DNA of 59,969 nucleotides from a virus, in the IMG/VR virus record IMGVR_UViG_3300037310_000161. One strand, written 5' to 3'. Shown in pieces: positions 35,389 to 44,447 of this stretch. Each line of letters begins with the position of its first letter. The first letter of the stretch is position 1. The notes below the pieces were generated by a model that was not told the DNA's origin, ran no database searches, and saw only the letters and a list, made by a program, of their open reading frames with translations. Position numbers and translations under genes: made by a program.

Positions 35389-35660
35389 TGTTGGAGCGGA
35401 AATACTCCAAGGATGAACTGAAAGAGATCGAGGCGGCGACGAACGCCGCCTCGGTACATGCCTACGGGTACGTCCGGGCGAAGGGATTGAACCTGGACAC
35501 GGATGAGGGAAAGGGGACGTGGAACTATGTGTTCCATCGTCGGGCGAACCGCATCCTGGTGGCCGCCGGGATCAGGCGACCCCGGAGATGGTTCGAGGCG
35601 AGGGCTAGGGAAATCAACTCAAAAAAGGGGGTAAATCATGGAAATTTTGTTCAGGGTTGA
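35388..35660 (+). CDS. Hypothetical protein (90 aa)
   Basis: Track ORF with a GTG start overlapping the SNF2 stop and an AGGAGGAGG RBS upstream. Confidence 0.5.
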   Translation: MLERKYSKDELKEIEAATNAASVHAYGYVRAKGLNLDTDEGKGTWNYVFHRRANRILVAAGIRRPRRWFEARAREINSKKGVNHGNFVQG

Positions 35661-36123
35661 AGTGATTGGGCTGGAGAGGCTGTGCGCGGCAATCGAGGCA
35701 ATTGCGACGCCGACGCGGCCCCCGGCAAACGAGCCTGCCGCCCCGGCGGAAGAGCCTGCCGCCCCGGTGGAAGAGCCTGCCGCCCCGGTGGAAGAGCCTG
35801 CCGCCCCGGTGGAAGAGCCTGCCGCCCCGGTGGAGACCCGGCGCTCACGGAGTCGGAAGTCATCTAAAGCGGCTCCGGCCGAGGAGCTTCCGCCCGCCGA
35901 AGTCCCCCCGGCCGAGGAGCCCCCGGCCGAAAACACCCTTGTCCTGGTGTCGGATGAGCAGGCGGAGAGCCTGCGGGAGCCGCTCAAAAATTACCTCTCC
36001 AAGTATGGGCGGGATCGGGCCGTGCAGCTTCTCGCGGAATACGACGCGGTCAACGTGAGCACGGTCCCGGCGGCGCACTATGAGTCACTGCTGGCGGCTC
36101 TCGGCAATGGAGGCGGGGCATGA
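35638..36123 (+). CDS. Hypothetical protein with 5 tandem (E)EPAAPV repeats (161 aa)
   Basis: Track ORF. It contains a 21-bp DNA repeat, gaagagcctgccgccccggtg, in 4 copies plus one variant at 35728-35832. Confidence 0.55.
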   Translation: MEILFRVEVIGLERLCAAIEAIATPTRPPANEPAAPAEEPAAPVEEPAAPVEEPAAPVEEPAAPVETRRSRSRKSSKAAPAEELPPAEVPPAEEPPAENTLVLVSDEQAESLREPLKNYLSKYGRDRAVQLLAEYDAVNVSTVPAAHYESLLAALGNGGGA

Positions 36124-37310
36124 GCGCAACAGCCCATGCGAAGTTGAGCCCCAGTTCCGCGTACCGCTGGATGGCGTGCCCCGCCAGTATCCGTCTCTCG
36201 GAGGGGGTCGAGCAGAAGCGCTCGGTATTTGCTGAAGAAGGCTCCGCCGCACATTTCCTGGCGGAGGTTGCCCTGCTCGGAAGACGCCAAGCGGCGGAGT
36301 ATCTGGATCGGGTGATCCGCCCCGTGGGTGGGGGGTTCAGCATATTGAAGGCCGGGGCGGAACCCCAGGACGGGGACTACCTCGTCACCGAGGAGATGGC
36401 CGAGGCGGTCCAGATCTATCTGGACACGGTCCGGGAAGGCGCCGGGAACGGTTCCCGGCTGGTGATCGAGAAAAAATTCGACCTCGGCGCCTACGTGCCC
36501 GGCATGTTCGGAACCGTGGATGCGGCGCGGATCGAGCCCTTTAAAAAGGTGACCGTGATCGACCTCAAGTACGGCGCCGGGGTGGCGGTCGAGGTCGAGG
36601 AAAATCCCCAGCTCAAAATTTATGGGCTGGGGGCGTGTCAGGGGGAGTTGCCCGAGAGGGTCGAGTTGGTCATCGTCCAGCCCCGCGCCCGACACCGGGA
36701 CGGTCCCGTGCGCCGCTGGGAAGTTGCCGCCGCCGACCTGGAGAAGTGGGCGCGGGAAGAGTTGGTTCCGGCTGCTCTGGCGACGGAAGACCCCGCTGCT
36801 CCTATCGCGGCGGGGAACCATTGCCGGTTTTGCCCCGCCCTCGGGGGGTGTCCTGCGGTCCGCGACCTCGCCCTCGAAGTGGCGCGGGCCGACTTCCAAG
36901 ACCCGCCGGAGTTCCCGGCGCCGGAGCTTCTCTCAAACGCCGAACTGGCGCGGGTGCTGACGTTCAACGACGTTTTCAAGAGCTGGATCAAGGCGGCGGA
37001 AGCCGAGGGTCAAAACCGAATGGAGCGCGGGGAGGTGCTTGAGGGCTTCAAGCTCGTGCGTAAACGCACGCGGCGACGGTGGATCGATGAGGAGCAGGCG
37101 GCTGCCCGGTTGTCCTTGTTCGCGGAGTATTTCGTGACGCGCCTCATCAGCCCGGCACAGGCCTACAAGGCGGGGTCCGTGGAAAAGGCGGTCCTCGACG
37201 CACTAGTAGAAACGCCCGAGGGGGGTCTCACAATCGCCCCGGAGGCCGATAGGCGAGAGGCGGTGCTGTGTGGCCCCGCCATCGACTTTGACGACGCACT
37301 GCTGATCTGA
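36120..37310 (+). CDS. PD-(D/E)xK nuclease of the DUF2800/Cas4-like phage exonuclease type (396 aa)
   Basis: AKLSPSSAYRWMACPAS N-terminus and a C-terminal Cys cluster CRFCPALGGCPA. It has an ATGA overlap with the upstream stop. Confidence 0.8.
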   Translation: MSATAHAKLSPSSAYRWMACPASIRLSEGVEQKRSVFAEEGSAAHFLAEVALLGRRQAAEYLDRVIRPVGGGFSILKAGAEPQDGDYLVTEEMAEAVQIYLDTVREGAGNGSRLVIEKKFDLGAYVPGMFGTVDAARIEPFKKVTVIDLKYGAGVAVEVEENPQLKIYGLGACQGELPERVELVIVQPRARHRDGPVRRWEVAAADLEKWAREELVPAALATEDPAAPIAAGNHCRFCPALGGCPAVRDLALEVARADFQDPPEFPAPELLSNAELARVLTFNDVFKSWIKAAEAEGQNRMERGEVLEGFKLVRKRTRRRWIDEEQAAARLSLFAEYFVTRLISPAQAYKAGSVEKAVLDALVETPEGGLTIAPEADRREAVLCGPAIDFDDALLI

Positions 37311-37323
37311 AAGGAGCAAGACC

Positions 37324-37971
37324 ATGGAAATGAACAAGAACAAGAGGGGCAACCAAGTGAAAACCGGGATTTTCCGGTTGAGCTTTCCCGCCCTGTTTGA
37401 GCCGAAAGCAGGGCCGGAAGGTGGGAAAGAGAAGTATTCAATTGTGATGTTGTTTATGAAGAGCGACCAGAAGAATCTGACCATTCTCCGCAAGGCCGCC
37501 TATGACGAGATCGTCAGGAAGTGGGGGCAGGACCGGACGAAGTGGCCCGCGAATCTCCGGGCCATGGACTTCCGCACCTACCTGTCGATCACGGGGAAAG
37601 ACGGCTGGCCCTTCCGCGACGGGGATGCCCAGACCCTCGACGGGTATGCGGGTATGGTGAGCATCAAGGCAAGCTCCAACGAGCCTCCGGGGGTCGTGGA
37701 TCAGCGGGTCCAGCCGGTTCAGGACGCTGGCGAGGTTTACGCCGGGTGCTACTGCCGGGCGACGATAGTCCCGTTTGTGTTCGACAAACCCATCAACAAA
37801 GGGGTCTCGTTCGGGCTGCGGAACGTCCAGTTTGTCAAGGACGGCCAGCCGTTCAGCGGGCGGACCCGCCCCGAGGACGACTTTGACGTGATCGAGGACG
37901 ACGCCGAACTGGAGGGCTGGGACAACCCGGCAAATTATGCCCCCGGCACGGGCGAGGATATGTTCGCGTAG
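37324..37971 (+). CDS. DUF2815-type phage ssDNA-binding protein (215 aa)
   Basis: VKTGIFRLSFPALFEPKAGPEGGKEKYSIVMLF plus an acidic C-terminal tail DDFDVIEDDAELEGWD. It lies between the nuclease and the DNA polymerase. Confidence 0.8.
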   Translation: MEMNKNKRGNQVKTGIFRLSFPALFEPKAGPEGGKEKYSIVMLFMKSDQKNLTILRKAAYDEIVRKWGQDRTKWPANLRAMDFRTYLSITGKDGWPFRDGDAQTLDGYAGMVSIKASSNEPPGVVDQRVQPVQDAGEVYAGCYCRATIVPFVFDKPINKGVSFGLRNVQFVKDGQPFSGRTRPEDDFDVIEDDAELEGWDNPANYAPGTGEDMFA

Positions 37972-38033
37972 CAGACATCCCGCCGGGGCGGCGGGGGTAA
38001 CGCCGCCGCCCCGGCAAAACCCGGAAAGAAAGT

Positions 38034-40166
38034 ATGAGAAAGCTTACCGTCGACTTCGAGACCCGGTCCCCCGTTGACCTGAAATCCTCGGGGGTCTGGC
38101 GCTATGCCGAAAGCCCGGAAACAGATGTCTTGTGTCTCGCCGTGGCCGAGGGCGATGAGCCTCCCCGGATCTGGATCAATCGGGAAATTGCCGGATTCGA
38201 TCCTATCTATGACGACCTCCCCGGCATCAGTTCGGATGATCTCGGCGCCATCGTCGAGCGGGCCGATATCCTGGAGGCCCATAACGCGGAGTTTGAGCGG
38301 GCCATCTGGAAACACGTGTTCGCCGGGCGGTACGGGCTCCCGCGAATCCATCCCGGAAAATGGCGCTGCACCGCATCCCGCGCCGCTGCCATGGCGCTCC
38401 CCCGGTCTCTCGAAGGGGTTGCGTCGGCCCTCAAGCTCCCCGTTCAAAAGGACGTTGGGGGCAACCGACTCATGAAAACTCTCTGTAAGCCGGTCAACAC
38501 GATTCCATCTGAGAAGACCCAGAAGCTCCGGGGAATGGTTCGAAACTCGCTCGGGCGGGTTTACCGGCAGGCTCCGGCGGACCTCAAGCGGCTGTTCCGA
38601 TACTGCCTGCATGACGTGGTCACAGAGCAGGCGGTGAGCCGCGCTCTCCCGGAGTTGCACCCGGTGGAGCTGGCGGTGTGGCACCTCGACCAGACGATCA
38701 ACGAGCGGGGCATTCAGGTGGACGTGGGATCTGCGCGGGCTGTCGTGGAGGTGCTGCAATACCATGAAGAGAAGCTCCTGGGAGAAATCCCAGGACTCAC
38801 AAACGGGGAACTGGCGTCGGTCAGGCAGGTGGGCGAGCTTGCCCAACACTGTAGTCTCCCCAACGTCCGAAAAGACACGGTGGAGCAGGCTCTCGAAAGG
38901 GACGACCTGAAGCCCGAGGTCAAGCGGTTGCTTGAGATTCGCACGTATCTCGGCAAGGCCAGCACGTTGAAGTTCAAAGCCGTCCTGAACCGGGTTTGTT
39001 CTGATGGGCGGCTCCGGGGAGAGTTGCGTTATCACGCAGCCTCTCCGGGGAGGTGGGCCGGGTCCGGGGTCCAGCTCCAGAACCTCCCCCGGGCGGGCAT
39101 GTCTCCGCAGGCCACCGAAACCGCTCTCGACCTGTTCCAAGGCCCGGGGGAGTACCTGGACCTGTTTTACAGTGACCTCTCCGATACGGCGAAAAGGCTG
39201 GTCCGGGCCATGCTGGTAGCGGGGGAGGGGCGCGACCTGATCGCGGCGGACTTCGCGTCGATTGAGGCGCGGGTGCTGCTGTGGTTAGCCGGGGACCGGG
39301 ACGGGCTCGACCTCTTCTGGTCGGGGGCGGATATCTATTGTGACATGGCATCCGACGTGTTCGACCGCCCCGTCACCAAGGCGGATAAATTCGAGCGGCA
39401 GCTCGGAAAGACAATGATCCTCGGGCTCGGCTACGGCATGGGCGCCCCGAAATTCCGGGAGACCTGCGCCTCCGGGGGAATCGAGATCGAAAAGAAGTTC
39501 GCCCGGTTCGCGGTCAGGAAGTACCGCGAAAAATACTCCACGGTCCCGCAGCTCTGGCGGACCATGGAGGCCGGGGCCATGCTCGCCGTATCAAGCGGGG
39601 GGCAGATACCCGCCGGGCCGGTGACGTTCGGGGTCCGGGGGGACTTTCTCCATTGCCGCCTGCCTTCGGGCAGGCTCCTTTCCTACCCATACCCGGAACT
39701 GAAAACGGAACCCGCCTGGATATTCCCGACCGCGGACGAGGATGGGGAGGCCGGGAAAATCATGGTGGTCGGACCCAGCATCAAGATGGTTGTCCCTACG
39801 GCGCGCAAACGGGCCGCCGACGAGGGGGTCACGATCACCGGGCAACCCATCGAGCGGGAGAAAATCTCCCTGACGTTCATGTCGGTCATCAAAGGCCAAT
39901 GGCTCCGGGAGACGACCTATGGCGGGAAGCTCACGGAAAACGTGGATCAGGCTATTTCCCGCGACCTCATGGCGTGGGCCATGCTCCGCCTGGAGCTGTC
40001 GGGATATCCAATCGTGCTCACCGTTCATGATGAAGCCGTAGCGGAGGTGCCCGAAGGGAAGGGCTCCGTCAAGGAGTTCGAAGAACTGATGTCCGAAATC
40101 CCCATATGGGGGAAAGGCATCCCCGTCGCCGCCGAAGGCTGGCGAGGGAAAAGGTATCGCAAATGA
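38034..40166 (+). CDS. Family-A DNA polymerase with a 3'-5' exonuclease domain (710 aa)
   Basis: Exo I LTVDFETRS, motif A AADFASIEARVLLWLAG, motif B RQLGKTMILGLGYGMG and motif C VLTVHDEAVAEV. Confidence 0.95.
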   Translation: MRKLTVDFETRSPVDLKSSGVWRYAESPETDVLCLAVAEGDEPPRIWINREIAGFDPIYDDLPGISSDDLGAIVERADILEAHNAEFERAIWKHVFAGRYGLPRIHPGKWRCTASRAAAMALPRSLEGVASALKLPVQKDVGGNRLMKTLCKPVNTIPSEKTQKLRGMVRNSLGRVYRQAPADLKRLFRYCLHDVVTEQAVSRALPELHPVELAVWHLDQTINERGIQVDVGSARAVVEVLQYHEEKLLGEIPGLTNGELASVRQVGELAQHCSLPNVRKDTVEQALERDDLKPEVKRLLEIRTYLGKASTLKFKAVLNRVCSDGRLRGELRYHAASPGRWAGSGVQLQNLPRAGMSPQATETALDLFQGPGEYLDLFYSDLSDTAKRLVRAMLVAGEGRDLIAADFASIEARVLLWLAGDRDGLDLFWSGADIYCDMASDVFDRPVTKADKFERQLGKTMILGLGYGMGAPKFRETCASGGIEIEKKFARFAVRKYREKYSTVPQLWRTMEAGAMLAVSSGGQIPAGPVTFGVRGDFLHCRLPSGRLLSYPYPELKTEPAWIFPTADEDGEAGKIMVVGPSIKMVVPTARKRAADEGVTITGQPIEREKISLTFMSVIKGQWLRETTYGGKLTENVDQAISRDLMAWAMLRLELSGYPIVLTVHDEAVAEVPEGKGSVKEFEELMSEIPIWGKGIPVAAEGWRGKRYRK

Positions 40167-40273
40167 TTCATCCCGGCATATCACATCTCAACGCACCCCT
40201 ACGCGAAGCCCCGCGAGGCACGTCTCGGTATCGGCCTGTACAAAGCGCACCGACGCGATGCATCGTAACGCTT

Positions 40274-40470
40274 CGCAAGGCGCTCCATCCCTTCGCATCG
40301 GCCGCATCCGGGCCTCGCGTCGCACGTCGCCGCAAGGCATTCCACCCCTTCGCATCGGCCACATCTGAGCCCCGCGTCGCACGTCGTCGCAAGGCATCCC
40401 ACCCCTTCGCATCGGCCACATCTGAGCCCCGCGTCGCGTGCCGTCGCAAGGCAACCCCAAGCCGCGCAAC
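40274..40470. repeat. 57-bp tandem repeat, 3 full units plus a partial fourth, in a 525-bp non-coding gap
   Basis: Units start at 40274, 40331 and 40388 (cgcaaggc[ag][ct]tcca[tc]cccttcgcatcggcc[ga]catc...gcgtcgc...), with a partial unit from 40445. Degenerate relatives extend over about 40190-40650. Confidence 0.85.
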
Positions 40471-40694
40471 CCAACGCACCGTGTATTACCTGGAACAAAG
40501 TCCTGCATCGCCCGGCAAGAAACACGGCCCTTCGCGTATCAACGCGGGGCAAAGCAAGTGCAGGGCTTCGCAGTACACCGCTCATACCAACGCGCTCCCA
40601 CGCAACGCATCGCTGGGCAAGGCGCTGCGCCGCACCGGAAACACCCGGCATAAAAAGCTGCCCACCTAATAAACCCAACAGAGGAGTTTCAACC

Positions 40695-41345
40695 ATGGCG
40701 ACGAAGAAAACAGCAATCCCGATCATCGACGTTGATCCCGTAGTTGTCGTGTCCCCCAAAGTCTATGAGGTCACGATAACGGGGCTGGACGGGCTTCTTC
40801 CCGACCGATGCCCGCTCATGGACAAACCCAAGAGCGAGGCGAAATCTGCGGTGAAAGAAGACCCCACCCTGAGGGAGTGGCGCATCTGGAGGGAAAAGCT
40901 GTACGTCTTCCCGAATGGCATGACCTATATTCCCGGTGAAAACATCCACGAATGTCTGAAAGAAGGATCCAAATACTGGGGGGCAACGATCCCCGGCGAA
41001 GGCAAGAAGAAGTACACCGATGTCGTCGCCTCGGCCTGTATCGTTGAGCCCATGCCCCTCGGCCTCCACCAGGACGACGAGCGTATCATCCCGTTCGGGG
41101 TCATGTGCTCCGCAAACCCGACTATCGGCAAGGGTGGAGGTAAGGTTTTCAAAGTTCGCCCGCTCATCCGCCCTTGGGGTGGAACGTTTACGATACACGT
41201 TTTCGACGCCCGCCTCACCCCTATGGTGCTCAAGACCATTATCACTTTCGCGGGATCCTTTAAGGGACTTTGCAACTGGCGCCCGAAGTTCGGGCGATTC
41301 AAGCTCGTCAACATTACGGAAAAGGTGCTGGCCAATGCAGAATGA
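40695..41345 (+). CDS. Hypothetical protein (216 aa)
   Basis: Track ORF with a GAGGAG RBS. No family recognised. Confidence 0.6.
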   Translation: MATKKTAIPIIDVDPVVVVSPKVYEVTITGLDGLLPDRCPLMDKPKSEAKSAVKEDPTLREWRIWREKLYVFPNGMTYIPGENIHECLKEGSKYWGATIPGEGKKKYTDVVASACIVEPMPLGLHQDDERIIPFGVMCSANPTIGKGGGKVFKVRPLIRPWGGTFTIHVFDARLTPMVLKTIITFAGSFKGLCNWRPKFGRFKLVNITEKVLANAE

Positions 41346-41847
41346 GCGAGCCGCTTTAATTGGTCGGGTAGTGAAAACGGTCATGGGGCTGCCTCACGGG
41401 CAGATTATAACCCACATCCAACTGGAGCATCTGCTGGAGATCTCCCGGCGGGAAAACCCCGGAGGGTATCACAATGTCGTAAGGGGGGTCCGCTCGGAGC
41501 TGATTCGCAATGGCCGGTTTCTTCAGACGCTGCATAAGAGGGGGTATCTGATCGTCTACCCCGGACAGGAAGCCGACCAATGTGTCGGCAAGGCCCGCAG
41601 GGGCATGGCCGCGATCCGGCGGGCGGTGACGGAGGCCCAGGATATCCGGTTGACTGAAATGCCCCCGGAAAAGCGGACCGAGACCATTTCGAAAGTTGGG
41701 CTTCTTGCCAACTGCCATGGTCTCCTGTCGAACGCATTCAGTAAGATCGACAGTCTTCAGCCCGCGCAGCCGGAGAGCCTGCCGCCACCCCCGGCTGATC
41801 CAAATATCACGGAGTTAAAAGTTGTCGGCACTATTGCCAAGCACTAA
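41335..41847 (+). CDS. Hypothetical protein (170 aa)
   Basis: Track ORF 41020..41847 trimmed to MQNERAALIGRVVK (ATG 41335), which overlaps the upstream stop. Confidence 0.5.
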   Translation: MQNERAALIGRVVKTVMGLPHGQIITHIQLEHLLEISRRENPGGYHNVVRGVRSELIRNGRFLQTLHKRGYLIVYPGQEADQCVGKARRGMAAIRRAVTEAQDIRLTEMPPEKRTETISKVGLLANCHGLLSNAFSKIDSLQPAQPESLPPPPADPNITELKVVGTIAKH

Positions 41848-41902
41848 TCCCAGCCGCGCCAGCGCCCCTCCGGAGGCTGGCGCACGAAAAGGATGATCCG
41901 CC

Positions 41903-42283
41903 ATGATTACTGCGTCAAACCGCGCCCCTGGTAAATACGAAACCCTGGCAGCAGACCTTGGCAAAACGGTTGATGCCAAGCAGAAAGCTTACGGCTACAG
42001 CTTCGCGAAATCCGGGCGCGTTCTTTCCCTTCTGTATCCGGACGGGGTACGGCCGGAACAGTTCCAGGACATGCTGGCCGTTACGCGAATCATCGATAAG
42101 CTCTTTCGAATCGCCACCGAGCCCGAAGCTTTCGATGAAGATCCGTGGCTGGATATCGCGGGGTACGGACTCCTTGGGTATCAAACCGTTCGAGAGTCGA
42201 AAGATACCTTTCGGCAAAAAGGGGCGGGGGGAAGATGGTGGTTTGAAGAGACACGGGAGGCCTCCGCCGATGACGCGCAATGA
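41903..42283 (+). CDS. Hypothetical helical protein, DUF1599-like (126 aa)
   Basis: KQKAYGYSFAKSG...DMLAVTRIIDKLFRIAT...DPWLDIAGYGLLG resembles the DUF1599 pattern (recollection only). Confidence 0.35.
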   Translation: MITASNRAPGKYETLAADLGKTVDAKQKAYGYSFAKSGRVLSLLYPDGVRPEQFQDMLAVTRIIDKLFRIATEPEAFDEDPWLDIAGYGLLGYQTVRESKDTFRQKGAGGRWWFEETREASADDAQ

Positions 42284-42764
42284 ATATGAAGTGGGAATGT
42301 GTCTCCTCAAATTTCTGGAGAGCGTCGAAGGGCGTCGGGCGAGGATTTACAGCGACGTGGGGGGCCAGCCGACAATCGGTATCGGACACATGCTCACTCC
42401 CTCCGAGCGCAAATCCGGGAAGATCCGCATTGCCGGGAACCCGGTCATATACCGCAACGGGCTGTCGGATGAAGACATCGACAGGCTGTGCCTTCAGGAT
42501 GCCGAGCGTGCGGCCCGGGCTGTCCGCGTCTATGTCAACGTGCCGCTTGAAGAGAACCAGTTTAACGCTCTCGTTTCATTCGTTTTCAATGTCGGGGAAG
42601 AAGCATTCCGCTGGAGCACTCTGCTCCGGCGGCTCAATCTGGGGGACTACGAATCGGTCCCCGGTCAGCTCAAGCGGTGGGTCTATAGCTGCGGGGCGAA
42701 GATTCGCGGGCTTGCCATTCGACGCCAAAAGGAGATCGAGGAATGGAACAACTGTCAAGATTGA
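42270..42764 (+). CDS. GH24 (T4/lambda-type) lysozyme, endolysin (164 aa)
   Basis: Trimmed to MTRNEYEVG (ATG 42270). LKFLESVEGRRARIYSDVGGQPTIGIGH gives the E...D...T catalytic triad spacing. NQFNALVSFVFNVG is also present. Confidence 0.85.
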   Translation: MTRNEYEVGMCLLKFLESVEGRRARIYSDVGGQPTIGIGHMLTPSERKSGKIRIAGNPVIYRNGLSDEDIDRLCLQDAERAARAVRVYVNVPLEENQFNALVSFVFNVGEEAFRWSTLLRRLNLGDYESVPGQLKRWVYSCGAKIRGLAIRRQKEIEEWNNCQD

Positions 42765-43027
42765 TGAAGATGTTTGGCGGGCGGGAAAGCCGCACCGTGT
42801 CGCATCACACCTGCCCGCACTGTGGGGCGGGGTTGAGCCGCCTGCGTCTCCGGCAAGGGGGGTTTGTCGGGAAACTGGCGAAAGACCTTCGCGTGAAGGC
42901 GCTTGTCGAGTGCCGGGAGTGCTTGCGGGCGCATAAGATTCAGGGATCCACCCGCTATGAGCGGGAGTTGATCCTCCACCTCATCCAGAGCCCGCGCCTG
43001 AACGGTGCCGCCAAGGTGTTGCCATGA
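42743..43027 (+). CDS. Zinc-ribbon protein (94 aa)
   Basis: CPHCG...CRECLRAH. Track ORF overlapping the lysozyme stop. Confidence 0.45.
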   Translation: MEQLSRLMKMFGGRESRTVSHHTCPHCGAGLSRLRLRQGGFVGKLAKDLRVKALVECRECLRAHKIQGSTRYERELILHLIQSPRLNGAAKVLP

Positions 43028-43230
43028 CCGCCGGGGAAACGCATCGAGCGAACATCGATGATCTGCTTGCGGCTCTTACGCACGTCTGCCGGAAGAACGC
43101 CCTGCTCAAGCTCCGGCCGGATCACTGCAAAAAGCGGAAGGCGCGGCGCCAGCGGATTGCCCGAGGGCGGGATTACGCTATCCATGCTGAGTGCCGGGAC
43201 TGCCCCGGCCCGGTCGAAATTGGGAGTTGA
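43024..43230 (+). CDS. Small basic hypothetical protein (68 aa)
   Basis: Track ORF with an ATGA overlap with the upstream stop. Confidence 0.4.
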   Translation: MTAGETHRANIDDLLAALTHVCRKNALLKLRPDHCKKRKARRQRIARGRDYAIHAECRDCPGPVEIGS

Positions 43231-43591
43231 TCGGGTGGTTCTCCTCGACTACAAAGAACTCGCGGCAATGCTCAAGATCCGGCCGGGCACCCTCATGAAG
43301 TCGTGGCGGGAATGGCCCCATGTTTTTGTGGGGGCGGGACGGACTCTGAGGAGCGCCAGGTTTCCACTGGATGCGGTCGAGGGGGCTATCCGTGAGCGTC
43401 TACAAAGACAAACGGTATCCGGGGCAGTGGGCTGTGAGCTTCATGGTCCAGGGGGTGCGGTATCGAAAGCGCGGGTTCAGAACCCGCCGGGAGGCCCAGC
43501 TTTGGGAGGCCGCCGAGCGGGAAAGGGTGCTGTCCCCGCCGCGCCAGACCCCTACGGCATCCTTTGCCTCGTTGGCAAACCGCTATCTTGA
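43220..43591 (+). CDS. Excisionase/AlpA-like HTH ORF whose 3' end is anomalous
   Basis: LLDYKELAAMLKIRPGTLMKSWREWPHVFVGAGRTLRSARFPLDAVEGAIRE is a complete HTH_17-like domain. The start is TTG 43220 or GTG 43235. There is no stop until 43591, about 200 nt into the integrase gene in another frame. Confidence 0.4.
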   Translation: MGVDRVVLLDYKELAAMLKIRPGTLMKSWREWPHVFVGAGRTLRSARFPLDAVEGAIRERLQRQTVSGAVGCELHGPGGAVSKARVQNPPGGPALGGRRAGKGAVPAAPDPYGILCLVGKPLS

Positions 43592-44447
43592 GCATTGTGC
43601 CGCCAGAATGGGGAAGAACACCGTTCGGTATAAGGCGACCCATTTTCGGCGGTTTGCTCAATGGCTGGGGGGTGACTACAGTGTTGAGCTGCTCACCAAA
43701 AATATGGTCGGGGACTTCCTGCTCCATGTCGCTGGAACTAGTGGAAATAAGCAGGCAAACCGAACTCACAGGGATCTGTTCGCTCTGTTCAACTGGGCCG
43801 TGCAGGGTGAACTTACAGGAAAAAATCCGGCGCGCTCTTGGGTCCGATTCCCAGAAGATCCGTTCCACAAGTATGTACCCCCCGTAGCGGATGTTGAGGC
43901 GGTCATCCTGGCCGCCGACCCGGACGAGACCGATTTACTCGAGACCCTGTACTACACTGGAGGACGGATTGGCGAGGTACTCGCGGCCACTTGGGAGGAT
44001 GTCAATTTTGAGCGACGGGAGATCGTCCTTTGCACGCGCAAAAGAAAAGGTGGGGAGCTGCAACGGGATAAGGTTCCGATCCCGGAAGCCCTTGTCAAAA
44101 CCCTTGCCCGACGATACCGAAGACGCGGCGGTGACGGGGACGGAGCCCACATTTTCCATTTCACCGTTCACCGGAAGCGGTACTTGCTCCACCATCTCTG
44201 TGACCGGGCTAAGGTTCGGCGATTCGGGTACCATGGAATCCGCCATCACGTGGCGAGCATCCTGGCGGACAGTGGAAAGGCGACGCTCAGACAGGTTCAG
44301 CAGTTTCTCCGGCACCGCAGACCCACCACAACAGAGCACTATCTGCATGAGGTGACCCGTGATCAGCGGGAGGTGGTCGAAATTCTGGAAATCGCTCGAA
44401 AAGGGGAGAAACAGAATGAGAAGGATCATCGATGGAAAGAGGTATGA
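43392..44447 (+). CDS. int: Tyrosine recombinase / phage integrase (351 aa)
   Basis: GTG 43392 lies 8 nt after GAGGGGG (the track start at ATG 43371 is also possible). It has an arm-binding-like N-terminus VYKDKRYPGQWAVSFMVQGVRYRKRGF. Catalytic residues sit in TGGRIGEVL (R), GYHGIRHHVAS (HxxR) and RPTTTEHYLH (Y). Confidence 0.9.
   Translation: MSVYKDKRYPGQWAVSFMVQGVRYRKRGFRTRREAQLWEAAERERVLSPPRQTPTASFASLANRYLEHCAARMGKNTVRYKATHFRRFAQWLGGDYSVELLTKNMVGDFLLHVAGTSGNKQANRTHRDLFALFNWAVQGELTGKNPARSWVRFPEDPFHKYVPPVADVEAVILAADPDETDLLETLYYTGGRIGEVLAATWEDVNFERREIVLCTRKRKGGELQRDKVPIPEALVKTLARRYRRRGGDGDGAHIFHFTVHRKRYLLHHLCDRAKVRRFGYHGIRHHVASILADSGKATLRQVQQFLRHRRPTTTEHYLHEVTRDQREVVEILEIARKGEKQNEKDHRWKEV

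Noticed and set aside
40106-40759. ORFs drawn through the 57-bp repeats (187 aa on the plus strand; 186, 106 and 103 aa on the minus strand), giving RCGRCEG or HPFASA peptide repeats
   Set aside because: There is no RBS. The ORFs overlap the polymerase 3' end or the next gene's start, and several mutually exclusive frames are equally open. The composition is implausible. The region is treated as non-coding repeat DNA, though translation is not strictly excluded.
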